Positions 53,479 to 64,000 of a stretch of 64,000 nt of DNA are shown in pieces (the stretch's first letter is position 1; each line of letters opens with the position of its first letter). Made by a program: the position numbers and the translations under genes. The notes below the pieces were generated by a model, which saw only the letters and a list, made by a program, of their open reading frames with translations, was not told the origin of the DNA and did not search any database. The stretch comes from Octopus vulgaris (taxonomy: Eukaryota), in assembly GCA_951406725.2 (NCBI GenBank), contig OX597831.1:28396001-28460000 (forward strand), in the 5' to 3' direction.

Positions 53479-53544
53479 CACAAACGTAGCTAATATATAA
53501 AATTAATTAAAATGCAAAATGGAAATCAAAACGAAACAAAAGCA

Positions 53545-53759
53545 CAGGTGTGGTTGTGTGGAAAGAAGTTTACTTCCCAATCACATGGTCCCGGGTTCAG
53601 TCCTGCTGTGTGGCACCTTGGGTCAAGTGTCTTCTACTATGGCCTGGGGCCGACCAAAGCTTTGGTAAACGGAAATTGCAAGAAGCTCGTAGTTTATATT
53701 GTGTGTATGTATGTATGTATGTATGTATGTATGTATGTATGTATGTATGTATGTATGTA

Positions 53760-53828
<69 letters not shown>

Positions 53829-54020
53829 CCCGCCATCTTTCATAGCCAGTGTTGATTTGTTTACGTTACTGTAACTTAGCGGTTCGACAAAAGACACCGA
53901 TGGAATAAGTACCAGGCTTAAAAAGAGAAGTTCTGGTGTCGATTCATTCGATTAAAAATTCTTGAAGGCGGTGTCCCAGCATGGCCGCGATATAATGACT
54001 GAAACAAGTAAAAGATTAAG
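53545..54020 (+). mobile_element. SINE family A (diverged) with expanded internal (TATG)n(TG)n
   Basis: Head at 53545-53695, tail at 53830-54020. Confidence 0.78.
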
Positions 54021-54554
54021 AATAACATATAAACGGAGAAAGAGACTGACAGACAGAGAGATGGACAGACAGGTAGGTAGATAGATGGGCAGCTATTAGA
54101 TTAATAAGAAAAATTAGACAGGTAATGAGAGATAGATTGATAGCTGTTTGACTAGCTTGCTAAATATATTGACGCATGCAAAAAGAAGGAAAGCAAAAAT
54201 GAAATAATTAGAAAAGAAATAAGAGAGAAGGGATAGATCAGGTTAGAAAGTAAGGAAGACAGGAAGGAAGAGTGGAGAAAGGAAGTAATCAGCGAGCGAA
54301 AAAAAGTATGGTGTCCGTTACATGAAGTAACGAAGTAATTACATCGTAGATTGAGCAGCAAGTATTTGTTATTCAGATCTAGTTTAACCAAATGTTCTCG
54401 TTATCACGGCATCGTAATAAACATCGAGGTAACTTCCATCAGCAGCCACACTGCGGTTCCAGTCAAACAACAACAGCCACAACGATGACAACGACGACAA
54501 CAGCAACAGCAGCAATAATAATAAAGATAATGGGTTCAAATTCTGGCAGTATTC

Positions 54555-55017
54555 AACTGATACTTATTTCATGGACCCCGAGAGGATGGAAAGAGAAAAT
54601 CAACCTCGGTGGAATTTGAACTCAGAACGTAGCGACGGGCAAAATACATCTAAGCTTTTCGTCTAGCGTGCTAACTATTCTGCCAGCTCTTGCCGCCTTC
54701 AATAATAATAATAATAATAATAAGAAGAAGAACAAGAACAACAACAACAAACACAACAACAACAACAACAACAACAATACTTTTTCTTCGCCCTTTTAAA
54801 ACCTAGCCAGGATCATGGGCCCGGTTTCCCAGTTTCAATGGCGTATGTGTTCCCTAGCTGGACGGGATGCCTCATTTTTGTCAGCTGAGTGGACTGGAGC
54901 AACGTGAAATGAAGTGTTTTGCTCAAGAACACAACACGTTGCCCGGTCCAGGAATCGAAACCACAATCTTACGATCATGATGCTGACACCCTAACCACTA
55001 AGCCGCGCGCCTCCACA
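54555..55017 (-). mobile_element. Adjacent SINE family B (54555-54700) and family D (54800-55017) copies
   Basis: Reverse-complement matches to both heads. Confidence 0.7.
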
Positions 55018-55053
55018 ATAATGATGATGATAATAATAATAACAATGATGATG

Positions 55054-55161
<108 letters not shown>

Positions 55162-55609
55162 GTTCTTTCTAGAAATGGTCAACTTCAAATGTTCCAAATA
55201 ATTTTCGAATATCCCGTAGGGTAATGAGGTAAATTGAGCAGTAAAAACAGGGTAATTAGACTTCTACCATTTGATTAGAGTAATTAATAGAGTAAACCGG
55301 AAGTAAAGAGCAAACGGCGGATTTCAATTAAAGAGCTTTGGGTTGTTGTAATTACTTGCACAAATCTGATATCATATTCGCGAGCTACATTCATATATCT
55401 ATTCTTAAACACCGATTTTATATTGTGTTACTTTGCATCTATGACATTATATTATTATATGACATTATGACTCTCTCACACTCTGAACTGTATTACATAT
55501 ATTATGAACTGCATTATATTACGTAAGTATAGGCAAAGACGCAGCAGTAGTTAGACACATATGATATGGAGAACTATATAAATAAAATAAAGTGTGTGCT
55601 GCTTACTAA

Positions 55610-56031
55610 TACTCTTTTACTCTTTTACTGGTTTCCGTCATTTGACTGCGGCCATGCTGGAGCACCGCCTTTAGTCGAGCAAATCGGTCCCAGGACTTAT
55701 TCTTTGTAAGCCCAGTACTTATTCTATCGGTCTCTTTTGCCGAACCGCTAAACTATGGGGACATAAACTCACCAGCATCGGTTATCAAGCGATGTTGGGG
55801 CGACAAACACAGTCACACAAACATATACACACACATGCTTATATATATATATATACACATATATACGACGGGCTTCTTTCAGTTTCTGTCTACCAAATCC
55901 ATTCACAAGGCTTTGGTCGGCCCGAGGCTATAGTAGAAGATACTTGCCCAAAGTGCCATGCAGTGGGACTGAACCCGGAACCCTGTGGTTGGTAAGCAGG
56001 CTACTTACCACACATCCACTCCTACACCTAT
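55610..56031 (-). mobile_element. SINE family A copy
   Basis: Full-length match. Confidence 0.88.
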
Positions 56032-56101
56032 ACTACTGTTATATAAAAAAAAAGATATGACCTACAACAATCTCTAAAGGAAGTAAGATGACTGCTTTAC
56101 A

Positions 56102-56150
<49 letters not shown>

Positions 56151-56166
56151 TGTGTGTGTGTGTGTG

Positions 56167-56330
56167 TTATCAACAGTTTATTCAGCTTACATGTGTTTCG
56201 AACAGTTCAGGTCTGTAGTTTCAACTTTTCGATCGAATTGAGAATCGAGAAATATGCAAGGCGCAATATACAACGGTTGTATGGAACTGAACTATTCGAA
56301 ACATGTGTAAGCTAAGTAAATCGTTGATAA
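56167..56330. repeat. MITE-like hairpin with ~50-bp imperfect inverted ends
   Basis: TTATCAACAGTTTATTCAGCTTACATGTGTTTCGAACAGTTCAG pairs with CTGAACTATTCGAAACATGTGTAAGCTAAGTAAATCGTTGATAA. Confidence 0.7.
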
Positions 56331-56436
56331 TGCATCTTCATACTTTATGATTTTTCATATATATGAGAATACATATATAAAATATAGAAATCTGCACATA
56401 TACATACATACATACATACATACATACATACATACA

Positions 56437-56467
<31 letters not shown>

Positions 56468-56650
56468 GTACATACATACATGCAAACAAAAATACTCTGT
56501 TGTTGATGTTGAAATTCCAATGAAGGTGCTTTGCATCTAGGTTAGAAACCGGCTCTTTGTTGTCAAGAAATCTTGAAATAAAACTGAGCATACATACAAA
56601 CATACAAACATACATACATGCATACATACATACATACATACATACATACA

Positions 56651-56682
<32 letters not shown>

Positions 56683-56946
56683 CACCCATACACACATATG
56701 TGCACATATATACATATAATGTTAATGAATAAATGTTATTTTCTACAAGCTACGTTTTTAGAATCAATTACAGCAATAGTAATTAATAAAATATTTTAAT
56801 CACAACGCTTTACTCCATTGGGTCTGATTTGTAAAACTCATATTTGGTCATTAAAATATACACACTAAAAATAGCAAAGAAAAAAACGACTTGAAAATAT
56901 CAAAGGAATAGATGATGCCTCCTCCATAAACACACATATATATATA

Positions 56947-57037
<91 letters not shown>

Positions 57038-57246
57038 TACACACACATACACAAACACACACATATATATAATGTGTTTGGGTATGTATAGGTATATGTA
57101 TATATTTATGTTTATGCAGCCTGGCTACGTAAATTCATTTGAATAAGTTTATCTCTCTTCGCTCAGCGAATCGTTTTCATCTCAAGAGATTCCGTCGTCT
57201 CGTGGGATAGAAACAATTCACTAAGCGAGGAGATAAACTCTATGAT

Positions 57247-57309
<63 letters not shown>

Positions 57310-57507
57310 CATGTATGTATGCTTGTATGTATATGCATATATCACCCACTAACACACATACAATTATACATACATACATGCATGCATAATATATAGATGC
57401 ATACATACATACAGCGATAATGAATAAATCAATAGATAGATAGATTTCATATGATATAAACGTAAATAGATAAATTATGGATATATATATATATGCATAC
57501 AACCAAA

Positions 57508-57900
57508 ATAATATTGGTCAAAAAGTCTGTTCGAACTTTTAAGCAAAAATAAAACCCAAGTTTTAAATGCAAAGCCATTTGTTCAATGAATGATATAATT
57601 ACCGTCTTGTTTCCAGTATTTTCCGCCATCTTGCGAGCAGATCCATCATTTCTTGCTCATAGAATTTCCTGTCTTTACTGGCGAAATTATCTCCCAGGTA
57701 AAGTTTTACATCCTCTTCAGTGATGAAGGTATGTCTGTCTATTTAATGAATTTCGAAGAAACCAAAGCAGGTGAAAATCTGAAAGCGCAAGGTCAGACAA
57801 ACATGGTGGATGTGGCAAAACTTCTCAGTCAAAACTCATTAATTTCTACCGCGTCTGCAAAGAAACGAAGAGTTTGGCATTGTTGTGATGAAAAAATGTA
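57508..57900 (-). pseudogene. Mariner (DD34D) transposase C-terminal relic
   Basis: HHNNAK..EVLPHPPCLSDLALSDFHLL (cf. HDNARPH..LPHPPYSPDLAPSDFHLF) and EEDVKLYL..FASKDRKFYE..LLARWRKILE. Confidence 0.8.
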
Positions 57901-58342
57901 CGATTAGCAATTATTGGAACATGATTATTTAATATTTGATATTTTTATAAGAAGTATAAAGCTTATATTATTAAATGACGTTTACTATAAGAAGCTTGAG
58001 AAGTTCAGTATATTTATCTATACAATGGACGAGAGATTTATATAAAATGGCTATTATACAGTTGGCATGGCAATATTATAATAGCTAGTCTTGTTCCAAA
58101 GTCTCGGTGACAATCTATGTTTTAGTATTTGTCTTCGATTTTAGTTGGGTATATTGTTTACTTTGTTATTTTGAAATATATTCATTTTTCTGAAGAAGCT
58201 CAAGCCGTAAAATGGTGCGCCATTGTCCACTGCTTTGAATTCTTTAACTGAATTGTGAAGTTACCAATCTTTACACGCATACACGCACACACGCAAGCGC
58301 AGAAAACTTTATATAACACTCACAAACACACATACACACATA

Positions 58343-58400
<58 letters not shown>

Positions 58401-58526
58401 ACTGTGTGTGTGTGTGTTTGCTTGTTGTGTGTGCCTGAGTACGCCATGTGCGTTTGCATATACGCATAAGCACCTGATCACGATTTGCAGTATTCATGCG
58501 CATGCGCATGTGAATGTGTATATGCG

Positions 58527-58584
<58 letters not shown>

Positions 58585-59099
58585 CATACAAACATACATA
58601 CATACATATGTACATACGTAATACATATACAAATATATGTATAAAGATATATACCCATATTAACATACACGTTTATATAGATGCATGTGAGCATACATAT
58701 GTCTCTCGCTCTGTGTTCAGATATGCGTATATATCCCTCAATTTATACATACACATCTACATGTATATATATGCATATAAATATATATACATGTTTATAC
58801 ACTCTTATATGTAAATATAAAGTGAATGAGAAGCAGAGGGAAGGACAGAGAGAGAGGAGAAGGAGACAGTGGGAGACTGTAAGTAGATATGCGTCAGATG
58901 AAGGCAATGCAGTTAACCGATGGAATGGAACGGCTCGGAATGGTAACATGGAGTATCAAAGGTGGAAATAACGTAGCATGGCCGACTACAAAGAGATATT
59001 GGCTCCGTTTTAGACAGAGGACATGACTGGCAGTGTTTAGAGTTTCTCAGAAAAGTATAAACTATTTATATGGGGCGTTTCAAATAAAATATCGCTAGC

Positions 59100-59191
59100 A
59101 TTAACATCATCGTTGCCCGTTGTCATCATCATCATCATCGTCGTCATCATCATCATCATCATCACCATCATCTTCATCATCATTATCATCG

Positions 59192-59267
<76 letters not shown>

Positions 59268-59864
59268 TGTCGTCGTCGTCGTTGTCATGATGGGGATCAT
59301 CATCATTACTATCTCCACCACCACTGACCTTCTAAAAAAATAGCAGCCAACTTTTCTCAATCTACATCCATCTATATTTAACTTCCACTATCGCCCGAAA
59401 ATCGGAATCGTGAAACTCAAAGGAACAGATACTTGAGTTTTTAGTTTTTGATATACATACACAGCCATATTTGCCAGGGCAACTTTAACCGCACACACAC
59501 ACAAATACACACACATGTGCGCACACACATACATATGCATGCATATATATATCAGTGTTATATAATTTCTAATACATAACATTAGTGTTAATATATTTTG
59601 TCTGCTGTTCCAGCTATTTAAAAATGTGTGTATATATGATGGCAATGATGATGATGATGATGATGCTGCTGCTGCTGATGATGATAATGATGATGATGAT
59701 GATGATGATGATGATAACAATGTTGATGATGATGATGATGACGATGATGATGATGATGGTGATGATGATGATGATAATGATAATGATGATGATAATGATG
59801 ATGATGATGATGATGATGATGATAACAATGTTGATGATAATGATGACGATGATGAGGATGATGT

Positions 59865-59923
<59 letters not shown>

Positions 59924-60115
59924 ACGACGACGACGACGTTCGTGTGTGTATATGTGCGTATATAAGTGTATATATGACGTGTGTACATGTGAGAATATAT
60001 GATGACCATGTTGATGATGATGATGTCGATGTTGATGACGACGACGACAACAACGATGATGATGATGATGATGATTGATGGTGATGATTAATGTCGATGA
60101 TGACGACAAAGGTGA
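59100..60115. repeat. (CAT)n and (GAT)n triplet arrays
   Basis: 59100-59310 (CAT)n and 59635-60115 (GAT)n. Confidence 0.93.
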
Positions 60116-60383
60116 ATGATGAAAATCAATATTGTGTGATCATCGATCCGAGTATAATCTCATTCTGGAAACTTGTGAGAATTCTTCACTTTTTGAAATG
60201 AAAAACAAAACAAAACAAAAGTAAAAAAAAAAACAAAGCTTCTGGACTTCCAACCCCATCTACCCTCCACTCCCTACTAAATTGAAACGAAGAAATCACG
60301 TCGATAATTCGAAATGAAACTTCGAAATATTCTGAGACTAAGAATACTAAAAGACATTGAGAATGGAAACAAAACAGAGCACC

Positions 60384-60414
<31 letters not shown>

Positions 60415-60789
60415 GCGCACACACACATACATACACACACACACATACTGGGGTAGTGAGCCTCCATCGGTTACGGTTGGTCATCCTCTGTAGGTGTATG
60501 TACAAGTCTGAGCAAGATTGTTTTGAGAAAGATTGCTAGTCATCCATGCATGTAGATTTCTTTTTGAAAGCCACTGATGTTTATCTAATGAAAGCGCCAT
60601 CGACCTGAGCCGATACACCTTGAAGTTAGTTACAGACGTTGCTGTCAGAATGTATAAAACCGGACCAGATATCACAAGACCAGTGGCTGTTTCAGGATTT
60701 AGACTTTCTCTGATAAACACCAGCTTTAAATCTCTGTTTGTCTGTCTCTCCGTCTTTCATCCTCTCTCTCTCACACACACACAATATAT

Positions 60790-61022
60790 ATATTTCTTTA
60801 TTGCCCACAAAGGGCTAAACATAGAGGGGACAAACAAGGACAGACAGAGGGATTAAGTCGATTACATCGACTCCAGTGCGTAACTGGTACTTTATTTATC
60901 GACCCCGAAAGGATGAAAGGCAAAGTCGACCTCGGCGGAATTTCAACTCAGAACGTAACGGCAGACGAAATACCGCTAAGCATTTCGCCCCGCGTGCTAA
61001 CGATTCTGCCAGCTCGTCGCCT
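60790..61022 (-). mobile_element. SINE family B copy
   Basis: Reverse complement of the family B head and core. Confidence 0.82.
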
Positions 61023-61164
61023 TTACACACACAATATATATAATTCACGAATACATAAATGCGCATGCGTCTATACATACACAAACATGACAGAAGTAGA
61101 CACCCTTATAATTGTTAAAGATTAAACCTGAAATTATACATTCAAATTAGTAACTATTTCAATG

Positions 61165-61505
61165 TAAATATCTAATATTTACTAGACATGCCCTTTGCAT
61201 TTTTTCAATGTAAGGACCCTATTAGGCATGCTACTGAACAGGTGACAAATATTCTCTTGAAGAATTTTTTGCCGAATTTCATGGTGTAATAATCTCAAAA
61301 GATCTGGCTTTGAGGTTGCTTTCTTTTTCTTTTTATGGAGTGTTTTGTCCATTATGCCCCAGGGGTGCTCAATAGAGTTCCTGTCTGGTGACTGGCTTGG
61401 CCATGGAAGCTTTTTAATGCCATTCTCTTCCAACCAATTTTGGGTCTTTTTATCCATGTGACAAGGAACCACATCTATAAATAAAAAGTCTTTAATCATT
61501 TCACC
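61165..61505 (-). pseudogene. Tc1-type (DD34E) transposase C-terminal relic
   Basis: DVVPCHMDKKTQNWLEENGIKKLPWPSQSPDRNSIEHPWG..SSMPNRVL..KCKG (cf. DNAPCH..WPSQSPDLNPIEHLW). Confidence 0.85.
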
Positions 61506-61509
61506 AGAA

Positions 61510-61862
61510 TGATAGGAATATGGCCCTCTTGATACAGGAAGCCCTCTAGGGATAATCCAGGAACCCCACTGTCTGAGATTTTCCTGAAACCCCAAGAGCA
61601 CGTGCCCCCTCCAGTTCCTTCTCTCCGACTCACAGGTCTACGCTTAGAGAGGTGCCATTCACTCTTGCCATTTTCGCAACTTTCCCCCACCTTTCACTAA
61701 ACTCACTCGAGGATAACACTTCCCTCTCCACTCTCAATTTCCTTTTGAAGTGAAACTTGAAGAAATCAATGAGAACTCTACCAAAGAGGGGTGTATCTGT
61801 CCTCATGCCTTGTCCACCAAACAACCCCTTTCGCACACCCACCAGGCAAAGGAAAAACTGCA
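61510..61862 (-). mobile_element. Tx1/L1-like LINE ORF2 C-terminus and start of 3' UTR
   Basis: FFKFHFKRKLRVEREVLSSSEFSERWGKVAKMA; homologous to 22900-23260. Confidence 0.62.
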
Positions 61863-61879
61863 ATAATAATAATGATATT

Positions 61880-62272
61880 GATTTCAAATTCTAACACAGA
61901 ACCTGCAATTACGGGGTGGGGGGTTCAACTGGTTCTTATTTTAACGACCCCGAAAGGATGAAAGAGAAAGTCGACCTCAGCGGAATTTGAACACAGAACG
62001 TAAACACGGACGAAGTAGCGTTAAGCCTTTTGTCCGGCGTGCTTAAGAATCTTTCAGGTGACAGCCGTTTTAAATAATTCTTTTTACTACAGACACAAAA
62101 CCTGAAATTTTGTAGAGAGAGGGCTAGTCGATTATATTGACCTCCCCACCATACTAAGCTGGTACTTATTTTATCGGAGAGCAAAGTCGACCTCGGCAAT
62201 ATTTGAACATAGAATGTAAATACAGACGATGTAACGCCATATATTTGGCTCGGCGAGCTAACAATTCCGCTG
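61880..62272 (-). mobile_element. Two tandem diverged SINE family B copies
   Basis: AAAGTCGACCTC.GC..ATTTGAAC occurs at ~61967 and ~62183. Confidence 0.68.
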
Positions 62273-62389
62273 AACGAAAACGTTAGCAACAGAATTTGTA
62301 GAATTTGGAATTATAAATCGATCGCTTTCCCTCTCGTTGCAGCCTTACTTAAGACACAATAAATGCATACACACATACATATATATTCT

Positions 62390-62594
62390 TATACTTATTT
62401 CAGTCATTTGACTGCGGCCATGCTGGAGCACATTCTTTATTCAAGCAAATCCAGCCCAGGACTTATTCTTTGTAAACCTAGTACTTATCCTATCGGTCTT
62501 TTTTGCCGAACCGCTCGGTTACGGGGATGTAAATACACCAGCATCGGTTATCAAGTGATGTTGGGGTGGGGTGGACAAACACACACACACATAA

Positions 62595-62639
<45 letters not shown>

Positions 62640-62779
62640 CGATAGACTTCATTCAGTTTCCGTCTACCAAATTCACTCACAAGGCTTTGGTTGGCTCGAG
62701 GCTATAGTACAAGACACTTGCTCAAGGTACCACGCAGTAGGACTGAACCTGGAACCATGCTACTTACCACACAGCCACT

Positions 62780-62783
<4 letters not shown>
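62390..62783 (-). mobile_element. SINE family A copy
   Basis: Family A match with a small head deletion. Confidence 0.82.
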
Positions 62784-62860
<77 letters not shown>

Positions 62861-63418
62861 TATATATATTATATATATACATATATTATATATGTGTGTG
62901 TTTGTGTTTGTGTGTAAGTATGTGAGTGTACGTGTGTGTATGTGCGTGTGTGTTTATATATATGTACACACACACACACACACACAGAAACATATATATG
63001 TTTATATACTCAGACATTTATATAGCATAAATAAGCATTAATACATGTGTGTGTGTGTGAGTGTCTATGTGTATATGTGCTTGTATTATTGTTGTATTTT
63101 ATATTTATGTCTTATTTAGGTATGCATATATGACGTAATACATTAAACAAACATGCATACGCTCACACACACACACACACTCACACATAAACACACACTG
63201 CACGCAAACAAGCACACACTCACACACGCTGAAATATCCAACAGATCGTGATACACAAAGTAGTAGATATTTATTAGCCGTCGCCGCGATGTGTAATGAA
63301 ATCCACTAAACAAAAGTAAACATCGGTCTTTACTTACGCACACCACCCCTCCACCAATCCATCAATCCATCCATCCATCCTTCCATCCATCCATCCATCC
63401 ATCCATCTATTCATACAT

Positions 63419-63505
<87 letters not shown>

Positions 63506-63705
63506 GGTGTGTATATGTTTATTTGTGTGTAAGCATATTAGATATGCAAATATGTGTATAAGCGTATGTCTGTGTGTCTTTCTGTATATGTGTGGGTATA
63601 TAAATAAAGTGTAGGTATGGAATGGATATACAGGTATATATACATATATGTATAAATAGATATACATATATGCATATGACTATTGCACAAACATACACAC
63701 ACATA

Positions 63706-63754
<49 letters not shown>

Positions 63755-64000
63755 CAGATACATACATATGCATGTGTATAAGTATGCAAAGTATGTATGT
63801 GCGTACGTACGTACGTATGTATGTATGTATGTATGTATGTACGTACGTACGTACGTACGTACGTACATATGTATGTAAATATATATTTTGGGGCTTATGT
63901 ATACATCGTGTCTGCTTGAGCACGGCATTCTCCCACCTCTCTTTTCCTTCTCCTTCTCCTTCTCCTCCTTAAGTGATTTGATGTTATATTGAAATAACAC

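Noticed and set aside
58185-58220. CTGAAGA-AGCTCAAGCC-GTAAA hammerhead-like string (also CTGAGGA...CGAATGTC at ~49281)
   Set aside because: The GAAA core is broken and no stem I or III could be built; too degenerate to call.

Overview
Eukaryotic, AT-rich, extremely microsatellite-dense and almost entirely non-coding DNA. The repeat families look like those of an octopod cephalopod (Octopus-like); this is judged from recall, not a database search. Nearly all ORFs in the supplied track are read-throughs of simple repeats or SINEs. Supportable content: (i) dozens of tRNA-derived SINEs in at least 3-4 families; (ii) a 5'-truncated but well-preserved Penelope-like element (RT + GIY-YIG, 27.6-29.9 kb) whose 3' pseudo-LTR carries a 5x CCAAT/CRE array, TATA box, Kozak ATG, splice donor and decayed hammerhead, plus a second, heavily decayed PLE at 16-17.7 kb; (iii) several minimal hammerhead-ribozyme cassettes, including a ~200-bp tandem array at 38.1-38.95 kb and a tail-to-tail pair at 41.6-42.1 kb (retrozyme/PLE-like); (iv) Tx1/L1-like ORF1 and ORF2/3'-end relics abutting microsatellites; (v) Tc1/mariner relics and MITEs, a non-autonomous Helitron-like element and an RTE-like 5' fragment; (vi) repeated microsatellite-anchored foldback inverted duplications. 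No host gene can be firmly called. The best candidate is a minus-strand signal-peptide-like exon at 32.75-33.14 kb.
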